Below, piece by piece: positions 50,292 to 62,387 of a stretch of 64,000 bases of DNA. Source of the DNA: Octopus sinensis (lineage: Eukaryota); assembly GCF_006345805.1 (NCBI RefSeq), contig NC_043005.1:4464001-4528000 (forward strand). Direction: 5' to 3'. Both the position numbers and the translations under genes were made by a program. Position 1 is the first letter of the stretch. The number at the start of each line of letters is the position of its first letter. The notes under the pieces were generated by a model that was not told the origin of the DNA, made no database searches, and worked only from the letters and a program-made list of their open reading frames with translations.

Positions 50292-50505
50292 CAGTGCTTC
50301 TCAACCATTTTTTATGAATGGAGGACCCATTTGGTTCCTATTTTACTCAGACTCTTAGAGCCATTTGATGGTTAAAGAATCCTTTTACATTTTTAAAATG
50401 TTTTGTGTATTGTAGAAGTATAAACAATTTAGTGCACATAAATTTTAACAAGAAAATCTTATGTGGACCCCCAAGGGACAAAAGGACCCTGGTTGAAAAC
50501 TACTG
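50292..50505. mobile_element. hAT (Charlie-like) MITE, old
   Basis: CAGTGCTTCTCAACC / GGTTGAAAACTACTG termini; degenerate 8-bp TSD AACTGCAG / AGCTATAG. Confidence 0.6.
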
Positions 50506-50744
50506 AGCTATAGAAAAGACTTTGAGAGTAAACCCTGAGAAAAAATTTTCAAATTATGCTCATCTTTAAGAGAAATAGATAGCAAAGTGCAGGCATGGCT
50601 GTGTGGTAAGAAGCTTGCTTCGCAACCACATGGTTCCAGGTTCAGTCCCACTGCATGGCACCTTGGGCAAGTGTCTTCTACTATAGCCTTGGGCCAACCA
50701 ATGCCTTGAGTGGATTTGGTAAATGGAAACTGAAAGAAGTCTGC

Positions 50745-50775
<31 letters not shown>

Positions 50776-52412
50776 GAAAGGTTTGAAAATGCAATTTTAA
50801 AAGATGTTTATTTACTTGACCGGTTTCACTTTTTTAGAAGAAGATTGTCAAAAGTAACAGGTAAAAGCTTTGTTGTGTTAGGTACTGGTTGTCACAAAAT
50901 ATTACAATATATATGTATTGTAATATTTTGTGACAACCAGTACTTAATACAACAATGCTTTTACATTTTACTTTTGACAATCATCATCATCGTTTAACGT
51001 CCGCTTTTCATGCTGGCATGGGTTGGACGATTTTGACTGAGGGCTGGCGAACCAGACGGCCGCACCAGGCTCCAATCTTGATTTGGCAGAGTTTCTACAG
51101 CTGGATGCCCTTCCTAATGCCAACGACTCCGAGAGTGCAGTGGGTGCTTTTTACGTGGCACGGGGGCCAGTCAGGCGTTACTGGCAACAACCTCGCTCGA
51201 ATCCTTTAACACATGCCACCAAACAGGTGCCAGTAAGGCGACTTTGGTAACGATCAGGCTCGAATGATGCCCTTTTATGTGCCACTGGCATGGAAGCTAG
51301 TTGGCTGCTCTGGCAATGATCACGCTCGGATGATGCTCTTGGCACCCTACTAGCACAGGCACAAGTGCCAGTAAGGCGATGCTGGTAACGATCACGATCA
51401 CGCTCGAATGGTGCCCTTTAAGTGCCACTAGCATGGAAGTCGGTTAGCCACTCTGTCAATGATCACACTCGTAGGGTGCTCTTTGCACCCTGCTAGCATG
51501 GACACCAGTCATCAGAGTGAAACTGATCAAGTGAATAAACATCTTTTAAAATTGCATTTTCAAACCTTCTTTCATATATAATTCCACTCGTGTGGTACCT
51601 TATGACTTCACTTTGTTATACTCTACTCTCTTTTACTTGTTTCAGTCATTTGACTGCGGCCATGCTGGAGCACCACCTTTAATCGTAAGCCCAGTACTTA
51701 TTCTATCGGTCTCTTTTGCCGAACCGCTAAGTAACGGGGTCTTAAACACACCAGCATCGGTTGTCAAGCGATGCTAGGGGGACAAACACACTCACACAAA
51801 CACACACACATATATATATACATATATACGACAGGCTTCTTTCAGTTTCCGTCTACCAAATCCACTCACAAGGCTTTGGTCGGCCCGAGGCTATAGCAGA
51901 AGACACTTGCCCAAAGTGCCATACAGTGGGACTGAACCCGGAACCATGTGGTTGGTAAACAAGCTACTTACCACACAGCCACTCCTGCACCTATATATAT
52001 ATATATTTGTTTGTCAACTGGTTAGTTATCTAACCAACTAATAAATCGCTTGTTTTCAATAGTTATATCTTGATATGTTAACTAAATGTCAAGCAATCCT
52101 GTTAAGGTGTGAGTAGAGGCAGACTGACACTACTGCTGTCTTATTTGTACTTATATACTCCTGCTGTGCATGTTATATGCATCATCATCCATGAAGATGT
52201 GAAAGAGAGACATATTTTTGCTGTTTTAAAGGTTAGTGTTAAGAAATACGTGTGTGTGTGTGTCTGTGTATTACATACATACAGAATGAAGAGCTGCAAA
52301 GAAACCCCAAGTTATGTTGCAGACGGACAGATTTCACAAAAATTTAGATTACTTGAATGTACAATTTGTCCTCCCAAAGGAGACAACTCTATATTAACAA
52401 TTGAGTTTTAAG

Positions 52413-52621
52413 CAGTGACGTAGCTAGGATAAACCGTGCCCGGGGTAAGCCACAAAAGTGCCCCCCACCCCCAATCACTATTACATTTCATTTAAATGCC
52501 GGTTCGGTACAACCTGTAATTCAAAATATATTGTTTTGATGTTTACTTTTATGAAACCTCCTTATTTTAACCGTTTAGTGCACCAGCTTCCCCTTCAATC
52601 TGTCCCCTAGTCATGCTACTG
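52413..52621. mobile_element. hAT-type MITE (209 bp)
   Basis: TIR CAGTGACGTAGCTAGG / CCTAGTCATGCTACTG with perfect 8-bp TSD GTTTTAAG on both sides. Confidence 0.9.
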
Positions 52622-52924
52622 GTTTTAAGTTGTTACAGTAATGTATCCTATAATCACTGGTTGCTCAACACCTCAGGAAGCTCCTGCTTTTGTCAGAAAT
52701 TGAAATTGTCTTGCAACCTCCGACTCATCCTATCTTCATTGATCATCACTGCTTTTTATTCATGCCACATTAACTCTGACACAAGAATCATTAAGAAAAT
52801 CAGATGAATTCAAAGGTTTCTACAAGTGATGAGTGGTCAGTTTTGCAAAGCACTTCTGAAAATCTGAGTAGCTGAAAAATCTCTTGTATGATAGCAGTTA
52901 CTAAGACACCTGCATCAGCTGATT

Positions 52925-53589
52925 CGTATTTCTTTATTACCCACAAGGGGCTAAACATAGAGGGGACAAACAAGGATATTAAGTTGATTACATCGACCCC
53001 AGTGCATAACTGGTACTTAATTTATCGACCTCAAAAGGATGAAAGGCAAAGTCGACCTCAGCAGAATTTGAACTCAGAACGTAATGGCAGACGAAATACC
53101 TATTCCTTTACTACCCACAAGGGGCTAAACACAGAGGGGACAAACAAGGGCAGACAAACGGATTAAGTCGATTACATCAACCCCAGTGCATAACTGGTAC
53201 TTAATTTATCGGCAATTAATTAAGGCGGCGAGCTGGCAGAAATGTTAGCACGCCGGGCAAAATGCCTTGCGGTATTGCGTCTGCCATTACGTTCTGAGTT
53301 CAAATTCCGCCAAGGCTGACTTTGCCTTTCATCCTTTCGGGGTTGATAAATAAAATACCAGTTTCGCACTGGTGTCGATGTAATCGACTTAATCCGTTTG
53401 TCTGTCCTTGTTTGTTGCCTCTATGTTTAGCCCCTTGTGGGTAGTAAAGAAATAAGTACTTAATTTATCGACCCCGAAAGGATGAAAGGCAAAGTCGACC
53501 TCGGCGGAATTTGAACTCAGAACATAGCGGCAGACAAAATACTGCTAAGCATTTCGCCCGGGCGTGCTAATGATTCTGCCAGCTCGCCA
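52925..53589. mobile_element. Cluster of four copies of a tRNA-derived SINE (Meta/MESC-like core) in mixed orientation; single copies at about 4620-4770, 10240-10630, 16060-16270, 37905-38090, 54070-54230
   Basis: Head GGCGGCGAGCTGGCAGAA...GAGTTCAAATTCC; core CTTTGCCTTTCATCCTTTCGGGGTCGATAAA..AAGTACCAG; core family name is from recall. Confidence 0.75.
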
Positions 53590-54665
53590 CAGCATCTGCT
53601 GATTCTGTGAGTGCAACAGTCACTGAATGGACATTTTTGTAGCATGAACCAGTTTTTCCGATGACCAACATATTGGAGCCATCCAGTACATATTATTTCC
53701 AACAGATATTGATAAACCCATCCTGCAAAGATTCATCTTTCAAAATGGCATAAGTGGCACTAAAATAGCTGATTATATTTAGATCTAAAGGTTTCAACAG
53801 AAATACGGTAACAATACGATTAATAATGACCAAGGAATTTTACTAAATTCTTCATAATTTTCAAAATAGATTGAAACAAAGCCAGTGAATTTCAACAGAA
53901 ATATGGTAACAAATGGTTTAACAATAAACTGATGATAAAAAAACTCCTCTTCTCATTCGTCCTGCAGCTCTTCTTGTTAAAGATCTTTGGTACGAATGAG
54001 TGGTCCTATCATGTGATGCATAAGTTGACTAACAGAGCTTCATTCCGAACAATTCTTGAGAGGAATTAAGATTGGTTTCAAATTTTGGCACAAGGTTAGC
54101 AATTTTAGGAGAGGGGGTAGGTCAGTTTCATCAACCCCAGTGTGCAACTGCTACATATTTTATCCACCCCAAAAAGATAAAAGGCAAAGTCAACTTCAGT
54201 GGAATTTGAACTCAGAACGTAAAGGTAGACAAAAAAAAAAAAACACGTGGCATTTTTTTTTGGCTCAGTCTACTCAGCTCACCAACTTCTGAGAGGAATT
54301 ATTAATAAATATTCAATAAGTGAAAGTTAATCCAGTTAAAACAGGAGTCCGTAGAGGTTAGCTGTTGTTTATGCCCAAATCAGTACTGATCAAGCAAACC
54401 AGTAATCAAAGGCATTCCAGTCATGACCATCCAGTTTATTTGTCTTCTACTTGTTTCAGTCGTCAGACTGCAGCCTTGTTGGGACACTGCCTTGGAATTT
54501 TTAGTTGAACGAATCGACCCCAGTACTTTTTTCAAGCCTGGCATTTATTCTATGGGTCTCTTTCACCAAACTAATTTACAGGGGTGTAAACAAACCAATA
54601 CCAGTCACAGTCATCAAATGGTAGTGGGGGATAAAATCAGATGCACAGACATATATATATATATA

Positions 54666-57244
54666 TCATCATCATCATCATCATCATCGTTTAACGTCCG
54701 CTTTCCATGCTAGCATGGGTTGGACGGTTCAACTGGGGTCTGGGAAGCCCGAAGGCTGCACCAGGCCAGTCAGATGTGGCAGTGTTTCTACAGCTGGATG
54801 CCCTTCCTAACGCCAACCACTCCGAGAGTGTAGTGGGTGATTTTATGTGCCACCGACACAGGTGCCAGACGAGGCTGGCAGACGGCCACGCTCGGATGGT
54901 GTTTTTTATGTGCCACCGACACAGGTGCCAGACGAGGCTGGCAGACGGCCACGCTCGGATGGTGTTTTTTATGTGCCACCGACACAGGTGCCAGACGAGG
55001 CTGGCAGACGGCCACGCTCGGATGGTGTTTTTTATGTGCCACCGACACAGGTGCCAGACGAGGCTGGCAGACGGCCACGCTCGGATGGTGTTTTCTTATG
55101 TGTCACCGACACAGGTGCTAGACGAGGCTGGCGGACGGCCACGCTCGGATGGTGTTTGTTACGTGCCCTCAGCACGGAGGCCAGTCATTGCGGTACTGGC
55201 TACGGTCACGTTCGGATGGTTTTCTTATGTGCCACCGGCACTGGTACCACAAGGATACAAATTCCATTGATGTTCATCTATTTTGATTTGGTTCGATTTG
55301 ATTTGATACGATTCTCACTTGCCTCAACAGGTCTTCACAAGTGTCACAAGAAGGAAGGTATGCACAGGTGGACTGACTACGTCCCAGGTAGGGGCCACGG
55401 ATTATGGCTTCACTAGTCTTGCCGGGTCTTCTCACGCACAGCATACTTCCATAGGTCTCGGTCTCTAGTCATTTCCATGGTGAGACCTAACGTCCGAAGG
55501 TCGTGCTTCACCACCTCGTCCCAGGTTTTCTGGGTCTACCTCTTCCACGGGTTCCCTCAACTGCTAGGGATTGGCACTTTCTCACACACCTCTCTTCATC
55601 CATTCTCGCCACATGACCATACCAGCGCAATCGTCTCTCTTGCACACAACAACTGATGCTTCTTAGGTACAACATTTCTCTCAAGGTACTAACGCTCTGT
55701 CGAGTAAGTACACTGACATTACACATCCATCGGAGCATACTGGCTTCGTTCCTCACGAGCTTACGCATGTCCTCAGCAGTCACGGCCCATGTTTCACTGC
55801 CATGTAGCATAGCTGTTCGTACACATGCATCATACAGTCTGCCTTTTACTCTGAGCGAGAGGCCTTTAGTCACCAGCAGAGGTAAGAGCTCCCTAAACTT
55901 TGCCCAGGCTATTCTTATTCTAGCAGTTACACTTTCAGCGCACCCACCCCCACTACTGACTTGGTCACCTAGATAGCGGAAACTATCAACTACTTCTAGT
56001 TTTTCCCCCCGGAAAGTGACAGAAGTTGTTTTCTGCAGATTTTCGGAGGTCAGTGCTCCAGAGCACCTGCCACATACAAAAACTATCTTCCCAGTTAGCC
56101 TACCTTTGACATTGCTGCACCTCTTATGTGTCCATAGCTTACACTGGGTACATCTTATAGAGTTTCTACCTACACCTTTTCTACAGATCGAGCAGGGCCA
56201 TCTTCCTGATGATATTTGTGGGTTTTCTACCTTTCTACTTATTAGTACTTTGGTTTTAGCTAGGTTGACTCTAAGGCCCCTCGATTCTAAACCCTCCTTC
56301 CACACCTGGAACTTCTCCTCCAGTTCTGATAGTGACTCAGCGATTAGAGCGAGGTCGTCAGCATAGAGGAGCTCCCAGGGGCAACCGGTCTTGAATTCCT
56401 CCGTTATTGCCTGGAGGACTATGATAAATAGGAGGGGGCTGAGTACTGAACCCTGGTGGACCCCAACCTCTACTTTGAATTCTTCTGTGTACATGTTGCC
56501 AACTCTAACCTTACTTACGGCATCTCTGTACATGGCTTGCACAGCCCTCACCAGCCATTCATCTATCCCTAGTTTCCTCATTGACCACCAGATGAGGGAT
56601 CGGGGGACCCTATCAAAGGCTTTCTCCATGTCAACAAAAGCCAGGTACAGGGGCTTATCCTTGGCTAGGTATTTCTCCTGCAGCTGCCTTACCAGGAATA
56701 TAGCATCAGTGGTGCTTTTCCCTGGGACAAACCCAAACTGCATCTCATCTAAACTAACTCTCTCTCTAATTAGTTGGGCTAAGACCCTCTCCGTAACCTT
56801 CATTACCTGATCCAACAGCTTGATACCTCTGTAATTATTTGTATCCAGGGCATCACCTTTACCTTTGTAGCAGTTGACTAGTATGCTGCTACACCAGTCA
56901 TTGGGTATGACTCCTTCGTGTATCACCTGGTTGACTATACGGGTGACTAGGTTATAGCCGACACTGCCAGATATTTTGAGCATCTCTGCAGTAATTCCTG
57001 ATGGGCCTGGGGCTTTCCCTGTCTTCATGCTTCTAACTGCCTTAGCTACTACGGAACTATCAACTCGGATAGCTGGTCCCTCTGTTGGGTCAACATTTGG
57101 CAGACTCTCTTTATCCCATTCATTTTCTTTATTCAGCAAACTTTCATAGTGGCATCTCCAAACCTCTCTCTTTGCATCCTCATTTAGCGCAAGTGAACCA
57201 TCATCCATGCGAACACACTTCTCTCCTACCACATCACGATTCTC
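54666..57244 (-). mobile_element. Young 5'-truncated RTE-clade LINE: open RT, C4HC3 PHD finger and thumb, 3' UTR with VNTR, (GAT)n tail
   Basis: 583-aa ORF with GKAPGPSG, NYRGIKLL, QFGF, FVDMEKAFD, HQGSVLSP, YADD (56354-56365); one 1-nt deletion near 55527 shifts the frame, corrected frame stops at 55413; tail GTTAAAC(GAT)n. Confidence 0.95.
54845..55160. repeat. 63-bp tandem repeat in the RTE 3' UTR (4 identical units plus 1 diverged)
   Basis: ATGTGCCACCGACACAGG... starts at 54845, 54908, 54971 and 55034; diverged unit at 55098. Confidence 0.95.
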
Positions 57245-57914
57245 TATATATACACACACAACAGGCTTCTTTCAGTATCTGTCAACCAAATCCATTCACA
57301 AGATTTTGATCGACTGAAGGCTCTAGTAGAAGACATTTGCCCAAGATGCCACACAGTGGCACTGAACCCTGAACCATGTGATTAGGAAGCCACACAGCAA
57401 CACCTGTTTAATAGATACAGTGAACTCTAGACCAGTGTTTTTCACAAGAGTGCACAGGCATCTTGGAGTCGAGGTGAAGGTAGTGTGAGAATTGAAAAGG
57501 GGAGCAGGCAACCAAATTGCCAAGTTTTAAATTTGTCCAACACCATAGTGAAGGTTAGAAGAATTATATTGGATGTAAACTTTAATTCGTCTTCTCTTTA
57601 GTTAATAAGGAAGTAATGTGATTAATTTCAAAAATGTTTATTTGAATGTGTTCACCAAGTTGGTATGGTACTGAGGGAGATTTGGTTGTTATTTCTAGCA
57701 ACAAAAAAAAAACCCACAGGATTTTTCAGACTCAGACAACCACAATGACCATCCTAATTTTTGTACAGCCAGGATTACACTGTTCAATGTATCTTCTCGA
57801 TTTTTTCCCTAATATTCTTGAGCAGATTTAGCCACTATTTTTAGCAGTTTGAGTGATCACAAGAGGCAGCTCATTGTTGGTCCAGTAAAGATAAGTTTTT
57901 TATGCATATATGTA

Positions 57915-57974
<60 letters not shown>

Positions 57975-57977
<3 letters not shown>

Positions 57978-59200
57978 TCATCATCATCATCAATTTAACA
58001 TCTGCTTTCCATACTGGCATGGGTTGGACGCTTTGAATGACTGGCAATCCAGGAGGCTGCACCAGGCTCCAATCTGATTTGGCAAGGTTTCTACAGCTGG
58101 ATGCCCTTCCTAATGCCAACCACTCCGAGAGTGTAGTGGGTGCTTTTTATATGCCACTGGCATGGGAGCCAGTCAGGCAGCACTGGCATCAGCCATGCTT
58201 AAATGGTGTTTTTTACATGCCACAAGGCACAGGTATCAGCCACAATTTCACTTGGTTCAACAGGTTTTCACAAGCACAGCATATTGCCTAACGATTTAAG
58301 GGTGCTTTTAAATGGGCCAGTTATGTGACACTGGGATTGGTCACATCTATAATCTCACTTGGCTTGCCAGGTCTTCTCAAGCACAACGTATCTCCAAAGG
58401 TCCCAGTCGCTTGTCATTACCTCTGTGAGGCTCAATGTTTGAAGGTTGTGCTTCACCACTTCATCCCATCTCTTATTGGGTCAACTTCTTCCACAGGTCC
58501 CCTCCACCATTAGAGTGCAACACTTCTTCACACAGCTGTCCTCGTCCATATGCATTGCATGACTATGCCAGCGCAGTCGTCTCTCTTGCACACCACATCT
58601 GATGCCTCTTATACCCAACTGTTCTCTCAGGATGCTTACACTCTGTCATGCATGGACACTGACACTGTACATCCAACAAAGCATACTAGCTTCATTTCTT
58701 TCAAGCCTACGCATGTCCTCTTTGGTCACAGCCCATGTTTCACTGCTGTGTAGCACGGCTGTTTGCACACAGGCATCATACAGTCTACCTTTCACTCTGA
58801 GCGAGAGGCCCTTTGTTACCAGCAGAAGTAGGAGCTCTCTGAACTTTGCCCCAGCTACTTTTATTCAAGCAGCTACACTCTCAGAGCATCCACCCCAGCT
58901 ACTGACTTGGTCACCTAGGTAATGGAAGCTATCAACTACTTCTGGTTTTCCCTCCCCGCTGGCAAGTGAGGGAATCTGCTTTCTGTACATGTTCGGTGTT
59001 TATTGCACCTATGCATCTTCCACACACAAAAACTATCTTCCCCATTAACCTTCCTTTGATATTACTGCACCTCTTATGTGTCTATAGCTTACATCAAGTA
59101 CACCTTATGGAGTTTCTACCTACGCTTTTTCTACAGTTGAAACAGAGTCATCTACCTGAAGGGATTTGTGATTTGTCCATCTTCCTACTCACTAAGACTT
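57975..59200 (-). mobile_element. RTE LINE 3' fragment (about 1.2 kb), degenerate
   Basis: Homologous to 55430-56250 plus 3' UTR core and (GAT)n tail; (TA)n on both sides. Confidence 0.9.
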
Positions 59201-59334
59201 TATATATATATATATATATTCAGTAAAAACAATTAAGATTCAAGTGAGTTCCAATGAATTCACATGAATGTGATACTTAATTTAGATGCACCACAAATCT
59301 ATATGGTATTAACCATGAAATAATGTGGGGTGAT

Positions 59335-60052
59335 TATAAACAAGAAAAAAGCAACAAGAATGGATTAGTTGTTCAGTACAATTGTTTCATACGAAGAACA
59401 GCTTTATTAAAAGCTGCAAATATTGCAGCAAATACAAGTGCCCCGTATTCATCAGCCAAAACACACATGAGTTTTCCAAACATCCTAGAGGGTGACGCTA
59501 CACTCATGAAGTATCGAAGAGAGTTCTATAAAAAGCAAAGTTAGATTGTAAGCAGACTTCAAAAGTTCTCTAATGATGCACAGTTTTATAAAAGGTAATT
59601 TTAAAAAAGTTTGTTAGCTTCACAGAAAAGGTAAATCCATCCATAATAATGCAGGTGTAATTTCCGGAGGTATGAGGAGATATTTCATACTCAGAGACGA
59701 TGAATTTATCCATAATAATGTAGATGTAATTTCCTGATATATGAGAAGATGCTGATCACACTTCTGTTCATTTCACAAAACTACTATGCTGGAAGAAGAG
59801 ATTGACTATATTGGCTAAAAGAAGTTAGTGAAGCAGAAACCGCCTGCTTACAATCTAACTTTGCTTTTTATAGAACTCTCTTCGATACTTCATGAATGTA
59901 GCCTCACCCCCTAGGATGTTTGGAAAACTCATATGTGTTTTGGCTGATGAATATGGGGCACTTGTATTTGCAGCTTTTAATAAAGCTGTTCTTCGTATGA
60001 AACAATTGTACTGAACAACTAATCCATTCTTGTTGCTTTTTTCTTGTTTATA
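59335..60052. repeat. Long inverted repeat: arms 59335-59555 and 59844-60052, 288-bp spacer
   Basis: Arms match over 209 bp with 5 substitutions and one 12-bp indel. Confidence 0.95.
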
Positions 60053-60057
60053 TATAT

Positions 60058-60439
60058 GCCAGACGAGGCTGGCAAATGGACACGATCGGATGGTGCTTTT
60101 TACGTGGCACCTGCACGGGGGCCAGGCGAGGCTGGCAACAGCCACGAACGGATGATGCTTTTTACGTGCCACCGGCACTGGCAACGGCCACGTCCGGTGG
60201 CACGTAAGAGAACCATCCAAATGTGGCTGTTGCCAGCGCCGCCCCGACTGGCCTCGTGCCGGTGGCACGTAAAAAGCACCCACTACACTCACGGAGTGGT
60301 TGGCGTTAGGAAGGGCATCCAGCCGTAGAAACATTGCCAGATCAGACTGGGCCTGGTGCAGCCTTCTGGCTTCCCAGACCCCAGTTGCACCGTCCAACCC
60401 ATGCTAGCATGGAAAGCGGCCGCTAAACGATGATGATGA

Positions 60440-60443
<4 letters not shown>
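60058..60443 (+). mobile_element. RTE LINE 3' UTR fragment
   Basis: GCCAGACGAGGCTGGC...TTAGGAAGGGCATCCAG...GCTAAAC(GAT)n; (TA)n on both sides. Confidence 0.88.
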
Positions 60444-60528
<85 letters not shown>

Positions 60529-60760
60529 CAAGCGAGTGGATCTCTGTATTTGTCAAGCTGCAAGCAGTGTTGTCACTTCTCCAGTCAACAAATCCTTCAT
60601 TCACTGTACACCTTTCAAGACATGCAAGGGTTAGGGACAGAAAGGGCATCCAGCAGTAAAACAAAACCTCAGTAAGATATGCATGCTGGCATGGAAAAAT
60701 GGACATAGAAACAAACAATATATCACAGAAATAAAATCAATATATCTGAAATCAAAACAT

Positions 60761-60766
60761 TTTATT
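60761..60766 (-). terminator. Candidate polyadenylation signal of TIMM29
   Basis: TTTATT on + (AATAAA on -) about 47 nt downstream of the stop codon. Confidence 0.45.
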
Positions 60767-60812
60767 TTGGTTCACTATTGGTCTCTTCTATTGCTTACAG
60801 AAGCTGATTATG

Positions 60813-61321
60813 TTAACGAGATGAAGCCGTCATATTTCCAGTTTCATCCCATTCGTTCTCATTAACGTCATAATCCTTCATGGCATCTTCCAAATAAATC
60901 CAGTAACCATTAATACCAACATCTACAATATTTTTATAAATCTCTAACCATGGGGTTTTTAATTTACCGCACTGTGCAACGTACAGCCCAAGGCCTTGAG
61001 TATAATTGTCTTCATACATGAAAGAACAAACCCCTAAATTAATATGAACCAATTTGCTGTCCCTCATGTTTGAAACCAATTCTCGTAAATGTTTCTCTGT
61101 TTTCGGGCTGCGAATCGCTTGACCAACAAGAGCAAGTCTATTGGCACTTTCCATGAGGCTGTAGGTGAAACTGTTCTCATTCGGGTTGGATTTTATTAAG
61201 AATCCAATGGCAGACAAGAAAGTGATATAAGCTGACGCCTTCAGAGGTTTTTCTCGCATGGATTCTGCAGTCTCTATAGCAACGACTTTGTAATCACTGT
61301 AGATGTTGTGGAAGTAGTTAC
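60813..61321 (-). CDS. TIMM29: Mitochondrial TIM22 complex subunit Tim29, last coding exon (first exon not found, probably beyond the window end)
   Basis: CTCTCTCCAG acceptor, phase 1; NYFHNIYSDYKVVAIETAESMREKPLKASAYITFL...PNENSF...LVHINLGVCSFMYED...LYVAQC..LKTPW....IVDVGINGYWIYLEDAMKDYDVNENEW aligns colinearly with human TIMM29 as recalled (LLRDY...PSEGAF...LRYVNLGLCSLVYE...LYQARC...VLDVGFVGRWW.L...MRDCDINDDEF). Confidence 0.92.
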
Positions 61322-62261
61322 CTGGAGAGAGAAAAAAAAGTTTGCAGTAATTAGTAAATCATCATAATCATCGTCGTTTAACGTCTGTCTTCTAGGCTGG
61401 CATAGGTTGAATGGTTTCGCAAGATCCAACAAGCTGAAGGGCTGCATTATGCTCCAATGTCTGCTTTGGCAGGGTCTCTACAGCTGAATGCCCTTCCTAA
61501 CACCAACATCTAAGTTTATATTCATTTACTAGTTTGATTAAATAGTTTATTTTTGAAAATAGTTTACTTGTTTAATGGCTAAGTCAAAGCAGGAAGGGCA
61601 ATCCACATGACCATTTTCAGGGTTTCTAAGACTTTTATGAAGATAGGTGAAAAGAAAAAAAACCTCTCCTCAGTCTCAGCCTGAAAGCTTACAGCAAAAT
61701 ACACATCGTTAAAACCTCCTCCCACCTCAATTCCTAAGTGTTAATATTAAACAGAATGATATAGATTAATTCTACCACCCAAAAACAGGAGCAACCCATT
61801 TTGATAGGCTTCCATATAATTTCCCCTAATCAAATTTCATTCACAAGGCTTCGATAGAAGAAACTTCGACAAGATGCCACACAGCTGTGAAGCAAACTTC
61901 ATCACACAACCATCACAGCATCCAGACTGCAATTGGTCCCCTGGATTCTTGTGTTTTACTTATTTTACTTAGATATTCCTTTGCTGGATGCCATATAAGA
62001 ATGGCAAACTCCAAGACCATTCAACCAGATAATCTCTGCTTTATTCAAACATCACAGATGTTTCTCAGCTAAATTAACAAAACTAACCAGTCTTCTGCTT
62101 TATATTACACACAGCTGTGCAGTTAAGGAGTTCATTTCCCAACCATCAGGTTTCAGGTTGTCCCACTGCATTACACCTCGGGCAAGGACCTTCTGTAACC
62201 TTGTAAATGGCACCTGTTGAGTGTGAGTGTCTGTGTATATATAACTTTGCAGCACCTCCTC

Positions 62262-62262
<1 letters not shown>

Positions 62263-62336
<74 letters not shown>

Positions 62337-62351
62337 CATATATATATACAT

Positions 62352-62387
<36 letters not shown>

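Noticed and set aside
54707-55416. Repetitive ORFs (CHRHRCQTRLADGHARMV and similar) that look like a repeat protein or spacer array
   Set aside because: They are readings of the 63-bp VNTR in the LINE 3' UTR; units are identical and contiguous with no unique spacers, so neither a gene nor a CRISPR array.
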